A stretch of 64,000 bases of DNA. Source: Bacillales bacterium UBA1624 (lineage in GTDB: Bacteria > Bacillota_I > Bacilli_A > RFN20 > CAG-826). The stretch covers positions 19,598 through 83,597 of the forward strand of contig DCMK01000077.1 of the NCBI GenBank assembly GCA_002321395.1, written 5' to 3'. This document shows, one piece after another, positions 36,471-46,097 of this stretch. The position numbers were made by a program, and so were the translations under genes. Each line of letters opens with the position of its first letter. Within the stretch, counting starts at the first letter, position 1. The notes beneath the pieces were generated by a model. That model ran no database searches and had not been told where the DNA came from. It saw only the letters and a list, made by a program, of their open reading frames with translations.

Positions 36471-36482
36471 TCGATGGCGACG

Positions 36483-37757
36483 TCAGAATCCCGGTTTCCC
36501 AAGAAGGTGGAACATGTTCTTCTTATAAATTTCCACGCCCGGCTGGTTGAACGGGTTCACGCCGTTGAGATAAGCGCTCATCGCGCAGGCCCTCATGAAG
36601 AAATACATGAGCTGCCCGAGATGGAAAGCGTCCATCTTGGAAATGGTGATGACCAGGTTGGGGACCTTCCCGGAGTTGATGTGGGCATCCAAGGTTCCTT
36701 CAAAAGCTTTTTTGTTGACGTAGTCCATGCCTTTGCCCTCTAGGTAATTCAGCCCATCGAGGTTGTCGTCGTCGTGGGGGATGAGGACATCGCGGGAAGG
36801 CTCTTCGACGTTGAGGACCGTCTCGAAGAGGATCTTGGATCCATCCTGAACGAATTGCCCCAAGGAATGGAGGTCGGTAGTGAAGGTCGCGGAGTCGGGC
36901 AGGAGGCCTTTTCCGTCTTTCCCCTCGCTTTCCCCGAAAAGCTGTTTCCACCACTCGCCCAATTGGACGAGCTGAAGCTTGTAAGTCACGAACATTTCGG
37001 CCGCCTTCCCGGAAACGTAAAGCTCACGGCGGGCAACCGCGTATTTATAAGCCTCGTTCAAAGTGGGGGTGTCGTATTCTTTCATTCCTTCCGCGGCGCC
37101 GGCCATGAAGGCTTTGATGTCGATGCCCGCGGCCGCCATCGGGAGCAAGCCTACGGCGGTGAAGACGCTGTATCGTCCGCCGACGTCATCGGGGAGGACG
37201 AAACGCTCATATCCGTATTTCTTAGCAAGTTCAATCAGGGCGCCTTTTTCCTTGTCGGTGGTGGCGAAGATGTATTTGGAGGCTTCTTCTTTTCCGACTT
37301 GCTGCTCCAAAAGCTCGCGGACCAAACGGAATCCGACCGAGGTTTCGGTGGTGGTGCCAGACTTGGAAATGACGTTGATCGCGAACTTCTTCCCTTTCAA
37401 ATAGTCGAGGATCTGGCTGCCGTAATCCGGGTCGAAGGTATTCCCGAAGAAGAGAATTTTCACCTTTTCGTTGGGAAGAAGGCCGTTGAGCGCCTCGATC
37501 GCGGCGCGAGCCCCCAAGTAAGAGCCTCCGATTCCGCAAACGACCAAAGCTTGGCAGTTTTCACGGATGAATTCCCCAGCTTTTTCGATTCGAGAGAATT
37601 CCTCTTTATCGTAAGTTTCGGGGTAGTTTGCCCAACCCAGGAAATCGCTTCCCTCACCAGTCTTGTTGTCGATGGCCTCGTTGATTGCTTTGATCTTCTC
37701 CGCGTAGGCGTCGAAGTCTATGGGCAAAATGGACCCTTTCGTTTCGACTTTAATCAT
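36483..37757 (-). CDS. pgi: Glucose-6-phosphate isomerase
   Basis: SKSGTTTET, GGRYSVFTAVG and the WKQLFGESEGK signature; 424 aa; the AAGGAG RBS precedes the ATG. Confidence 0.95.
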   Translation of the reverse strand: MIKVETKGSILPIDFDAYAEKIKAINEAIDNKTGEGSDFLGWANYPETYDKEEFSRIEKAGEFIRENCQALVVCGIGGSYLGARAAIEALNGLLPNEKVKILFFGNTFDPDYGSQILDYLKGKKFAINVISKSGTTTETSVGFRLVRELLEQQVGKEEASKYIFATTDKEKGALIELAKKYGYERFVLPDDVGGRYSVFTAVGLLPMAAAGIDIKAFMAGAAEGMKEYDTPTLNEAYKYAVARRELYVSGKAAEMFVTYKLQLVQLGEWWKQLFGESEGKDGKGLLPDSATFTTDLHSLGQFVQDGSKILFETVLNVEEPSRDVLIPHDDDNLDGLNYLEGKGMDYVNKKAFEGTLDAHINSGKVPNLVITISKMDAFHLGQLMYFFMRACAMSAYLNGVNPFNQPGVEIYKKNMFHLLGKPGF

Positions 37758-38115
37758 GATTGATCTCCTTTTCGTTCTCGCTTTTCACCCATTCCGGCAA
37801 CTTCTCTTCAAGCGCTTTGAAGTCGATTTCGTTCAGATTGATCTTCTTCCTGCGAAAAGCTTTTTTCCGGTCGGCCGAAGTCATCTGCTTCAGCGACACA
37901 CGGATATTATCACTTTCCGGATTAACCGCGATTACTTTTACGTTGTAAATGTTCCCCGTTGAAACGTATCCGGAGAAGTGGTGGATGAAGGAATTGGCCA
38001 ATTCACTGATGTGAAGCAAACCGGTCCATCCATCCTCAAATAGCAAAATCGCGTACCGAGGATAGACTTTGACGACCACTCCCTCCGCGACGTCCCCAAC
38101 TTTTGGCAATGTCAT
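37750..38115 (-). CDS. S1 domain RNA-binding protein (YugI / general stress protein 13-like)
   Basis: VGDVAEGVVVKVYPRYAILLFEDGWTGLLHISEL is an S1 fold; its start overlaps the ispD stop (ATGA). Confidence 0.7.
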   Translation of the reverse strand: MTLPKVGDVAEGVVVKVYPRYAILLFEDGWTGLLHISELANSFIHHFSGYVSTGNIYNVKVIAVNPESDNIRVSLKQMTSADRKKAFRRKKINLNEIDFKALEEKLPEWVKSENEKEINHD

Positions 38116-38792
38116 GACGATACCTCCTTGCGGAAACGTTCCATATCTTCTTCCGTGTTGATTTTGTAGTTCTGCGATTCGCCCCTCACGATGGCGGGCT
38201 TTGCCCCAAAAAGGAGGGCTCTGCTGGCGTCGTCGGTTGCTCCGGTTGCGGAATGACACGCCTTCTTCAGCAAAGAAAAGCGGAAGGTTTGCGGGGTTTG
38301 GGCTTGATAGATTTCGTTCCTATTCAGATAGCGGGAGACCGTCTCCCCGTCCTCTGAACAAAAGACGGAGTCCGAGCATGGCATAGCGGTTACCGCAGCC
38401 CCGCAGACGGACGCCTTTCGGAAATTCTCTTCGATCATCCGCTCCGTCAAATTGGGGCGATCCCCATCTTGGATCAAAACCAAGGCATTGCCGCTAGCGC
38501 CCTCTTTTTCCAAAAACGAAATCGCGTTGTCCACGGAATCTTCGCGGGACCCTCCTCCAAGGATGTATCCTTGGATTTTTTCGTAAGCTTGCGCGCTTTC
38601 TTTCACATCGCCAAGGGTTCCTTCCTTCACCACCAGATAAATGGCGTCTACGGAGGAAGAGCGATTCAAGGTTTCCAACGCATAGCAAAACAACGGTTTG
38701 CCGAGAATGGGAAAAAGCTGCTTTGGCGTTTTGCCGCCGAACCGGGTTCCGCTTCCTCCGATTAGCAAGATGGCAATGCGCTCAGAAACCAT
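38112..38792 (-). CDS. ispD: 2-C-methyl-D-erythritol 4-phosphate cytidylyltransferase
   Basis: IAILLIGGSGTRFG glycine-rich loop, IQDGDRP. Confidence 0.85.
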   Translation of the reverse strand: MVSERIAILLIGGSGTRFGGKTPKQLFPILGKPLFCYALETLNRSSSVDAIYLVVKEGTLGDVKESAQAYEKIQGYILGGGSREDSVDNAISFLEKEGASGNALVLIQDGDRPNLTERMIEENFRKASVCGAAVTAMPCSDSVFCSEDGETVSRYLNRNEIYQAQTPQTFRFSLLKKACHSATGATDDASRALLFGAKPAIVRGESQNYKINTEEDMERFRKEVSS

Positions 38793-38837
38793 AACGGGGC
38801 TATTTTACCATGCACGCGGGCGTGAGAAAGAAACCAG

Positions 38838-39677
38838 TTAGTTGATGCCCACGTTCTTCTCTTCCCGGTGGCGCAGGGATTCGTTGATCGAGATTCCCTC
38901 GATGATCAAATGCAGGATCCGTTCTAGGTCGCGCCCGGAAGTGTAATCAGCGACGCAAGAGTAATTGACGCGCCCGTCTTCGACAAGTTCCGCGGATTTT
39001 TCCTCATTCCCTTTTGGGTAGACGGCGATGGATTTCCCCCCAGAGTTTTTGACGACGATCATCGCCGGGACATCGGTCATTCCGTCCCCGATGTAAATCA
39101 TATTGGAGGTTGGAATTCGTTTGGAGGAAGTCTTCTCGTTGATGGTCTTATCGTCGGTCACGTCGATGACCCCTTTTGAGATTCGGTAAAAATATTGCGT
39201 TTTTTGGGTGTAATTCACCGCCATCTTCGGCCAAATGGCTTCTCCGGAAACCGAATCGTAGATGAATTCGCATCCGTAGACCATTTTGAATTCCTTCGCG
39301 ATTTGACAGCCGTCGATGATCTCTTTGTTCCCGGAAGAGATGATGTAATGCTCCACTTGAATTCCGTGCTCGGCCCCGAAATCGTTGATGCGTTTGAACC
39401 AAGTCGAAACGCCGGGAAAGAACTTGATGTTCTTACCCATCTCGTTTAAGAATTCGCGGGTCATCTTGATTCCTTTTTCCCGCGAGATTTTCATCATCAT
39501 GTAAAGATAGCCGAGAATTTTATCGCTTCCTGTTTCTTCCGTGAATTCCCGGACCCTGCCCCAAAATTCGGCGGGGTCCATCCCCATCGCGGGGATGAAA
39601 CCGAAGTTCTGCATATCCGTCACCGCGAGGGTGGAGTCGAAATCATAGAGAATTGCGGCAATTGGCTTTTTGCTCAT
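38838..39677 (-). CDS. HAD-superfamily hydrolase
   Basis: DFDSTL motif I (DxDxT) and a GDGMTD motif IV-like element. Confidence 0.7.
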   Translation of the reverse strand: MSKKPIAAILYDFDSTLAVTDMQNFGFIPAMGMDPAEFWGRVREFTEETGSDKILGYLYMMMKISREKGIKMTREFLNEMGKNIKFFPGVSTWFKRINDFGAEHGIQVEHYIISSGNKEIIDGCQIAKEFKMVYGCEFIYDSVSGEAIWPKMAVNYTQKTQYFYRISKGVIDVTDDKTINEKTSSKRIPTSNMIYIGDGMTDVPAMIVVKNSGGKSIAVYPKGNEEKSAELVEDGRVNYSCVADYTSGRDLERILHLIIEGISINESLRHREEKNVGIN

Positions 39678-39787
39678 TTTCAGACCTCTTTTGACGAAAA
39701 TATGATAATAGCCGGCCTTCCCATCGTCAAATGAGGCGCTTTCTGCCGTTTTAACAAAGCGGATAAGGCTGTTAAAATATAGAGGCT

Positions 39788-40315
39788 ATGGAGCCCTACC
39801 AGATCATCATCCTCGTCATCTTGCTGCTCTTGTTCCTCTACGTCAGCGCTTTTTTGCTCATTATCTCCAACTCCATCGGCTTTCGCAGGAAGCTTCGCAA
39901 AAGAGCCTCCGCGTTGATGGTTTTGGTATCGGAAAAACAAGAAATCCTTTTGGCTTGGTTCGGCCTTTTCGCCCATGAGAAAATCGCCCTTTCGGAAGAA
40001 GACAAAGCCCTTCTTTCCTCCTTGAAAAACATCGATTTGGATAAGCCTAGCCCGGAGGAGTGGATTGCTTCCTTGAATTTGTTGAAAAGCGCGCAAATGC
40101 GCCTCGGATTTCTTTCTGAGGAATCCGATTTGCGGGGTTCTTTGGCGGAGAAAAAAGCTTATGTCTCCACCTTGCACGACCTCGACGCGAATTACCGTCA
40201 ATCCTCCGCGGTTTATAACGCCGACGTCGGCGCTTTCAACTATTGGATTTCGATTCCTGGTTTTTCGTGGCTCCTTTATTTGCTGGGCTTCCGGAAGAAA
40301 ACCCTTCTAAGCTGA
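39788..40315 (+). CDS. lemA: LemA family membrane protein
   Basis: N-terminal TM plus a C-terminal YNADVGAFNYWISIPGFSWLLYLLGFRKK that resembles the LemA tail. Confidence 0.6.
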   Translation: MEPYQIIILVILLLLFLYVSAFLLIISNSIGFRRKLRKRASALMVLVSEKQEILLAWFGLFAHEKIALSEEDKALLSSLKNIDLDKPSPEEWIASLNLLKSAQMRLGFLSEESDLRGSLAEKKAYVSTLHDLDANYRQSSAVYNADVGAFNYWISIPGFSWLLYLLGFRKKTLLS

Positions 40316-41848
40316 TCAGAACATCAATTCGTAATCGACTAAGCCGTCGTAGAAATCCTTTTCGTGGGAAACGATGATGACCGCCCCCGGGAAGCGCTCA
40401 ATCGCATCGAAGAGGGAATCCTTCGCTTTCTGGTCCAAATGGTTCGTGGGCTCGTCCAAAACGAGGAAGTTGCTCTTTTTGAGCGTCATCAAAGCGAAGC
40501 GGGCCTTCGTGACCTCTCCTCCGGAAAGTTCGCTCATTCTTCGCATCGCCAACTCTTTTTTTACGCCGACTTGAGCTAAGCAAGTGCGGATTTTCGTGTT
40601 GTCGAGCTCAGGATGGGCTTCGTGGATGAACTCGAACGGGGTTAGGGAGAGATCGATTTTCTCATCTTGGGAATAGTAATTGACCGTGGTTCCCTCCAAC
40701 CATTGGTAATCGCCTCCCATGGAGGGGATGAGGCCGAGAATCGTTTTCAGGAAAGTTGTTTTCCCGACCCCGTTTTGCCCTAAGATCGCGATTTTCTCTC
40801 CTTTTTTAAGCAAGAAGGAGATCGGAGCCAGCAAAGGGGTTCCGTATCCGATCGACAAAGAGTTCACGATCAAGGACTTTTCGCCGACATCGCAGGAAAA
40901 AGGGAAAGAAAAATGCACACGCCCCTCCTCTTTTCCCGGGGCTTCCATCACTTCAAGATGGTTCAATCGAGCCCGATGGCTTTTGGCGGCTTTGGAAGAC
41001 GTGGCGCGAACGATGTGCTTCGCAATGAAGACCTCCTCTTTTTTAATGTAGCGTTGCTGGGCTTCGTAATTCTTCTGATATTGTTCTTTGTCGAGCTCGT
41101 GCTGGATCAAATAGGAGTCGAAATCCATTTTGTAACGGGTGATCGTCTGATTCTCCAAAACAAAGACGACGTCGGCGATCTCTCGGAGGAAAGCCTGATC
41201 GTGGGAAACGACCAAAAACGCCTTTGGGTAGTTCCTGAGATAGGAGGAGAGCCAAGCGACTTGGGTTTGGTCCAAGAAGTTCGTGGGCTCATCCATGATG
41301 AGGACATCTTTTTCCTCCAAAAGCATTTTGGCCAAATACGCTTTTTCCCTTTGGCCGGAGGAAAGGAGATGGAGGGGTTTGGCTAAATCCGCTTTGTCGA
41401 AACCCAGGCCATCGGTCAAGCGGCCCACTTTTTCTTGAAGCGAATAAAATCCCTTTTGGTTCAGCTCATCGCCGATCCTCTCCGCCCGGTTGAGCAATTT
41501 CTCGTACCCCTCTTCCCCGGAAGCGGCTTTGACGTAGAGGGCTTCCATTTCTTCTTCTTTTTGGAAAAGGTCTTGGTAGACGCCGTAAAGATATTGGGAG
41601 ACCGGCATGTCCTGCTTCACTTTCAATTGCTGGTCCAAATAGGCGTATGTGGTCCTGGGTTCCCAAACAACCGTTCCTTTGTCGGGCCGTTGGTCGCCCA
41701 CGATGAGGGAGAGAAGGGTCGTTTTTCCGCAGCCGTTGACGCCGACGAGGCAGGCGTGTTCGCCCAAATTCAGCTTAAGGGAGGCCCCTTTGTAAAGCGG
41801 TTTGTCACCGTAGTTGAATTCGATGTTGTCCAGTTCCAATAAAGCCAT
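40316..41848 (-). CDS. ABC-F family ATPase (tandem ABC domains, no TM)
   Basis: Two Walker A motifs (GVNGCGKTT, GQNGVGKTT) and two signatures (LSSGQREK, LSGGEVTK) with an inter-domain linker; the start is placed at MALLELD because the upstream extension overlaps a tRNA. Confidence 0.85.
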   Translation of the reverse strand: MALLELDNIEFNYGDKPLYKGASLKLNLGEHACLVGVNGCGKTTLLSLIVGDQRPDKGTVVWEPRTTYAYLDQQLKVKQDMPVSQYLYGVYQDLFQKEEEMEALYVKAASGEEGYEKLLNRAERIGDELNQKGFYSLQEKVGRLTDGLGFDKADLAKPLHLLSSGQREKAYLAKMLLEEKDVLIMDEPTNFLDQTQVAWLSSYLRNYPKAFLVVSHDQAFLREIADVVFVLENQTITRYKMDFDSYLIQHELDKEQYQKNYEAQQRYIKKEEVFIAKHIVRATSSKAAKSHRARLNHLEVMEAPGKEEGRVHFSFPFSCDVGEKSLIVNSLSIGYGTPLLAPISFLLKKGEKIAILGQNGVGKTTFLKTILGLIPSMGGDYQWLEGTTVNYYSQDEKIDLSLTPFEFIHEAHPELDNTKIRTCLAQVGVKKELAMRRMSELSGGEVTKARFALMTLKKSNFLVLDEPTNHLDQKAKDSLFDAIERFPGAVIIVSHEKDFYDGLVDYELMF

Positions 41849-41952
41849 AGCCGGGAAACTATAGCACAGTGGGGCGAGGTTTGATTTGGGAAAGGGCTTA
41901 TCCGCGGAGGCGAAAAAAACGCTTGGCGATCCGCCAAGCGCTTCGTTTTCAA

Positions 41953-42037
41953 TGGTGCGGGGGATGAGATTTGAACTCACACGGGTTGCCCCGTACGCCC
42001 CTCAAACGTACGCGTCTACCAATTCCGCCACTCCCGC
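41953..42037 (-). tRNA. tRNA-Leu (anticodon GAG)
   Basis: Type II tRNA: 3-bp D stem, anticodon loop TTGAGGG, long variable arm, T-loop TTCAAAT, encoded CCA. Confidence 0.8.
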
Positions 42038-42047
42038 AGCGAGATGA

Positions 42048-42076
42048 ATTATAGATAGAATAATTTTCGTTGGCAA
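42048..42076 (-). promoter_or_regulatory. Consensus sigma-A promoter (TTGCCA-17-TATAAT) for tRNA-Leu(GAG), possibly with abcF
   Basis: Minus strand: -35 TTGCCA, a 17-nt spacer, -10 TATAAT ending about 10 nt before the tRNA 5' end. Confidence 0.55.
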
Positions 42077-42084
42077 TACGGTTT

Positions 42085-43689
42085 TTAGGCGAATTTGGGG
42101 AAGAAAGCGCAGGCCATCGCGAAGTAAAGGAGCAGGGTGGCGACGTCCATGACGGTAGTCAACAAGGGCTGAGCGAGCAAAGCGGGGTCTTTTTTGATCG
42201 AGGCGGCTCCCATGCAGAGGAGGGTGCCGATCCCTTTGGAAAGGGTGATGGCCAAGAACATCGTGGCCGAGACCAAAGAGGCGAAGATCAGGGAGTGGCT
42301 CGCGAAGTCGGCCCCGGAAACAAGCAAGGCCCCAGTTTCGTCGTATTTCCCGGTGAAGGCGCTTCCGTTCCATATGGTCATTCCCGTGAAATCGAAGACC
42401 TTCCCGGAGGTGTCTGTGACCACGCCCATGTTCACGATGCCCGTATATTCTTCCATCGTGATCCAAAAGAAGGAGAAGGCGGCAACGAGCAAAGCGACGA
42501 TCAAAGCCGAACGCAGCTCTTTCCACATGATTTTTAGGGTGTCTTTGGGGCCGAATTCATGGATGGCCAGCCCGCGGATCATAAGCCCCGTGGTTTGGCC
42601 GCCGGAGTTTCCGCCCGTGTCCATCAAGGTCGGGACGAAGGAAATGAGAAGCGGGAGGGAGGTGAAGATCTGCTGCGACTCCAAGCGGTTCAGGACCATC
42701 GTCGTGAAGGTGCCCAAAATCAGCAGGGCGATGATCCATGGGAAGCATTTCTTCGCATTGCTCCAAACTGAGGTTTCGGTATAGGGCTTGTCGCCGGGCT
42801 CCATGTTCGTGATGCGGGCCAAGTCCTCGTTGGATTCTTCCTTGATGACGTCGACGGCGTCGTCGATGGTGATGACGCCGACGAGGCGATCGTCCTCATT
42901 CAGGACGGCGAGGGCGTTCAAGTCATAACGGGAGAACATCTGACCGACTTCCTCTTGGTCGGTGCTGGTGGAAACGGACACCACGTCTTCGTTCATGATG
43001 TCGCTGAGCTTCTCTTCCGGCTTCGCGAAGATCAAATCGTCCAAATCGACGGTACCCTCGAAATGACGGTACTTGTCGCGGACGAAGATGGTGTAGACGG
43101 TCTCGGCGTCTCGGCCTTTTGCGCGGATCTCTTTGATGGCGTCGGCGACGGTGACGTTGTCGAGTAGCTCGATGTATTCCGTCGTCATCAAAGACCCGGC
43201 GGTATCCTCTTTGTATTTAAGGAGTTGATTGATGTCTTCCCGCATGTCCTTGTCGGCGGCGCGCAGGACTTTTGAAGCGAGATTTGCGGGCAATTCGCCG
43301 ACCGTGTCGGCCACATCGTCGGCAGACTGCGAATTGATGATCTTGATCAAGTCGCGGTCGGTCAAGGCTTTGATGAGTTTCTCTTTCGTGTCGGAAGAGA
43401 AGTCATCGAAGAAGTCCGCGGTCTGGGAACTCGGGAGGTTGCGGAATATGAATATCAGCTTTTCTGGGGGCAGATCGTCGGCGGCTTCGGCGATGTCGAT
43501 GGTCGGGACTTTTTCGAAAACTTTCGTCAAGCCGGCTCTATCCTTATTGTCAATTAAAGCGGAGAGCTCGTCTTCCGAGGTCTTTTCTACGTCGATGCCG
43601 GAGTCGTCCTCCTCTGGTTTTTCGTCTTTGGGGGCGGGATCGTCGGAGTCCTCGTTTTCGATTGAATGGATGTTCTTGTCTTCTTCCAT
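42085..43689 (-). CDS. mgtE: Magnesium transporter MgtE
   Basis: Acidic N-domain, tandem CBS domains, a C-terminal TM domain with a PLLISFVPTLMDTGGN-like motif; GGGAGG RBS. Confidence 0.9.
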   Translation of the reverse strand: MEEDKNIHSIENEDSDDPAPKDEKPEEDDSGIDVEKTSEDELSALIDNKDRAGLTKVFEKVPTIDIAEAADDLPPEKLIFIFRNLPSSQTADFFDDFSSDTKEKLIKALTDRDLIKIINSQSADDVADTVGELPANLASKVLRAADKDMREDINQLLKYKEDTAGSLMTTEYIELLDNVTVADAIKEIRAKGRDAETVYTIFVRDKYRHFEGTVDLDDLIFAKPEEKLSDIMNEDVVSVSTSTDQEEVGQMFSRYDLNALAVLNEDDRLVGVITIDDAVDVIKEESNEDLARITNMEPGDKPYTETSVWSNAKKCFPWIIALLILGTFTTMVLNRLESQQIFTSLPLLISFVPTLMDTGGNSGGQTTGLMIRGLAIHEFGPKDTLKIMWKELRSALIVALLVAAFSFFWITMEEYTGIVNMGVVTDTSGKVFDFTGMTIWNGSAFTGKYDETGALLVSGADFASHSLIFASLVSATMFLAITLSKGIGTLLCMGAASIKKDPALLAQPLLTTVMDVATLLLYFAMACAFFPKFA

Positions 43690-43805
43690 GGTGCAGATCC
43701 TCCCTTCTTCCGTGTTAGGATAGACGATTTTCGCTTCGTCGGTTAGCGTTTTCGCTCGGCCCCCCTCTTCTTTACTTTTTTCTCTTCACGGGCAATCATA
43801 TCGCC

Positions 43806-44852
43806 ATGAAAATCGCGCTCGTCGTCCCAATCTATCAGCCCACGGAATCCGTCATGCCTTTTTTGAGGAAATTCGCCCCGGGCGATTTCGAGAAAATGAT
43901 CATCGTCGATGACGGATCGGGGCACGCCTTTGATAAGGAATTCGAAGAAGTCCGGTCCTTGGGCTTGTTCACCGTGATCCGCCTAAAGAAAAACAAAGGA
44001 AAAGGCAGGGCGATGAAAGCGGCCTTATCCTATTTGAAGAAGTCCTTTCCGGATTTGGATGGCTTCGTCACGGCGGATGGCGATGGGCAGCATACCTACG
44101 AGGATATCCTCCGCGTCAAGAAAACCATGGAAGAACATCCGACGTCTTTGGTTCTAGGTTGTCGGCAAAGAAAAGACATGCCCCCTCACAGCAAAACGGG
44201 GTCGTGGTGGTCGTCGCTGTATTTCAAGATGATGACCGGAGCGGATATGGAAGACACCCAAACGGGCCTCCGCGGGATCCCTAAACGACTTTTTTCTTCC
44301 TTCATGGCCTGCCCCGGGAACCGATATGAGTTCGAGATGGGCTTTTTGGCCAGCGTTGCGCGGGAAGAGAAAGTCATTGAGGTTCCCATCCAGACGATTT
44401 ACCTCAGCGACAACGCCTCCACCCATTACCGGGTTTTTCGCGATTCCATGCGCATCGCCTATTTCCCGATCGCCTATCTTCTTGCGGGGGTTTTGCTAGG
44501 GGTTCTTGACGGCGTCTTTTTCCATTATCTTTACATGGAGCCCCTTTCTTCTTTTAAATTAGGCCCCTTGATGTCCGGCTTTTGCGCGTCTTTCCTTGTT
44601 TTCTTTGTCTATGAGCTATTGATGCACTGCGTGGTTTTCTTTATCAAGCCCCGCTTCAAGAAAATGGTCGTGGACTTCTTCGCGTTCGCCTTTCTTTCTT
44701 TGGCTTGCTTTGGCATCTGCTATGGCTTAGTTCGCGCCGGGCTTTCTTGGTGGGGCGCCCGGGCCCTTTCCGACGCGATGCTTTTCCTTCTGCTTGTCAT
44801 CGGAAAGATGTTTCTCCCTTCCGGGCTTGTTCCTTGCTACGTTCTTTCTTGA
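43806..44852 (+). CDS. Family 2 glycosyltransferase with a C-terminal membrane domain
   Basis: VPIYQP...IIVDDGS...DADG-like (ADGDGQH) GT-A motifs and four C-terminal TM helices. Confidence 0.75.
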   Translation: MKIALVVPIYQPTESVMPFLRKFAPGDFEKMIIVDDGSGHAFDKEFEEVRSLGLFTVIRLKKNKGKGRAMKAALSYLKKSFPDLDGFVTADGDGQHTYEDILRVKKTMEEHPTSLVLGCRQRKDMPPHSKTGSWWSSLYFKMMTGADMEDTQTGLRGIPKRLFSSFMACPGNRYEFEMGFLASVAREEKVIEVPIQTIYLSDNASTHYRVFRDSMRIAYFPIAYLLAGVLLGVLDGVFFHYLYMEPLSSFKLGPLMSGFCASFLVFFVYELLMHCVVFFIKPRFKKMVVDFFAFAFLSLACFGICYGLVRAGLSWWGARALSDAMLFLLLVIGKMFLPSGLVPCYVLS

Positions 44853-44933
44853 AGGGGCGTGAGCCTTTTCTAGTTCCGTCCTTGCTCCGCTGGTTTATAA
44901 TGTGCCCGCGATTTTAAGCAAGGAGGAAAACCT

Positions 44934-45554
44934 ATGAACGAATCCGATAAGATTCTCGTTGAAACCAGCGCCAGGCACGTCCACGTGACCCAAGAGACTT
45001 TGGAAATCCTTTTCGGCGCGGGCCATCAGCTCACCCCGAAGAAGATGCTTTCCCAGCCGGGGCAATTTGCCTCCACCGACAAAGTTGAGGTCCTTGGCTA
45101 CAACGATCCCAGGAAAGATCCCGAAGGCAAGCTCCCTCGCCCCTCGATGAAATTCTCCATCCTCGGGCCGGTCCGCGACCATAACCAAGTCGAGGTCTCC
45201 CTCACCGAAGCCAGGAAGCTCGGCGTCGAAGCCCCCGTCCGCGAGAGCGGCGACATCAAGGGAAGCGGGAAATGCACCCTCCGCGGCCCGGCGGGCGAAG
45301 TGGATTTGGCCGAAGGCGTGATCGCCGCGAAGCGCCATATCCACATGACCCCCGAAGACGCGAAGCATTTCGGCGTCGAAAACGGCCAAATCGTCGGCGT
45401 CAAAGTCGACTCCGGGAAAGGCCGCGCGGTCGTCTTCATGGACACCGTCATCCGCGTTTCGAGCAAATACGCCCTCGCAATGCACATCGATACCGATGAA
45501 TCCAATGCCTGCTGCGGCGCTGGGGTGATCTACGGGGAAATCGTTTCCAAATAA
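44934..45554 (+). CDS. pduL: Phosphate propanoyltransferase / phosphotransacylase PduL family
   Basis: Duplicated HVHVT...RHIHMT histidine motifs typical of PduL. Confidence 0.78.
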   Translation: MNESDKILVETSARHVHVTQETLEILFGAGHQLTPKKMLSQPGQFASTDKVEVLGYNDPRKDPEGKLPRPSMKFSILGPVRDHNQVEVSLTEARKLGVEAPVRESGDIKGSGKCTLRGPAGEVDLAEGVIAAKRHIHMTPEDAKHFGVENGQIVGVKVDSGKGRAVVFMDTVIRVSSKYALAMHIDTDESNACCGAGVIYGEIVSK

Positions 45555-45556
45555 GC

Positions 45557-45817
45557 ATGGAAAAGACTTTTCTCTTCTCTCCTAAAGGGGTTTGTTCCCG
45601 CCAGATGGAAATCGTCTATGACGGGGATACCTTGATCTCTTTGCGGGTCATCGGAGGATGCCCGGGAAATCTGCAGGGCATCGCCGCCTTGGTCAAAGGA
45701 AGGAAGATCTCCGAGCTCATCCCCCTGCTAGAGGGGATCCGTTGCCGGGAGAAGCCCACTTCCTGCCCGGATCAGCTCGCCCAAGCCTTACGGGAAATCC
45801 AAAAAACGAACGCCTAA
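45557..45817 (+). CDS. TSCPD domain protein
   Basis: 86 aa with the TSCPDQLA motif. Confidence 0.6.
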   Translation: MEKTFLFSPKGVCSRQMEIVYDGDTLISLRVIGGCPGNLQGIAALVKGRKISELIPLLEGIRCREKPTSCPDQLAQALREIQKTNA

Positions 45818-45818
45818 A

Positions 45819-45868
45819 AGGAAAAGGGGCCGTTGAAAGCCGATCGCTGTTCAACGGCCTTTTCCTTG
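45819..45868 (+). terminator. Long-stem rho-independent terminator
   Basis: AAGGAAAAGGGGCCGTTGAA...TTCAACGGCCTTTTCCTT extended inverted repeat. Confidence 0.55.
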
Positions 45869-45869
45869 C

Positions 45870-46097
45870 ATTGCCCTTCCCTTGAGCCTATAGTTTCGTC
45901 ACGGCAAAAAGCCAAACATCAAGAAGCGCCTTCCGCAGCGTAGCCAGGGCGCTAGCAACTCCTCTATAGAGGTAAGTGCTCGCTGCAGCCCTTGCCCACA
46001 AGGGAACGATGCTTGGAGGAAATGCAGACCAACGCCTCGGTTGCCTTCCGCAAGTGGGAGGCCCTTTTCTTGCCCGGAGGAAAAAAGGAGAAAAAAC
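45870..46097 (+). promoter_or_regulatory. Long structured metK leader (candidate riboswitch/attenuator, class not assignable)
   Basis: About 230 nt between the terminator and the metK ATG; repeated CCTTCCGCA elements; ATCAAGAAG and GTGC...CTGCAGC resemble S-box fragments but the GGAGGGA/GGCCC core is missing. Confidence 0.3.

Noticed and set aside
37750-38259. N-terminal 48-residue Arg-rich extension of the S1-domain ORF
   Set aside because: The extension overlaps the ispD 3' end in another frame and has a junk-like composition. The start was moved to MTLPKVGDV at 38115.
41849-41980. Upstream extension of the ABC-F ORF (MSSNLIPRT...)
   Set aside because: It overlaps the tRNA-Leu(GAG) gene. 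The ABC domain begins at MALLELDNIEF, so the start was set at 41848.
43690-43805. Possible M-box (Mg2+) riboswitch upstream of mgtE
   Set aside because: The intergenic region is only 116 nt and lacks the conserved M-box blocks. mgtE has a plain GGGAGG RBS.
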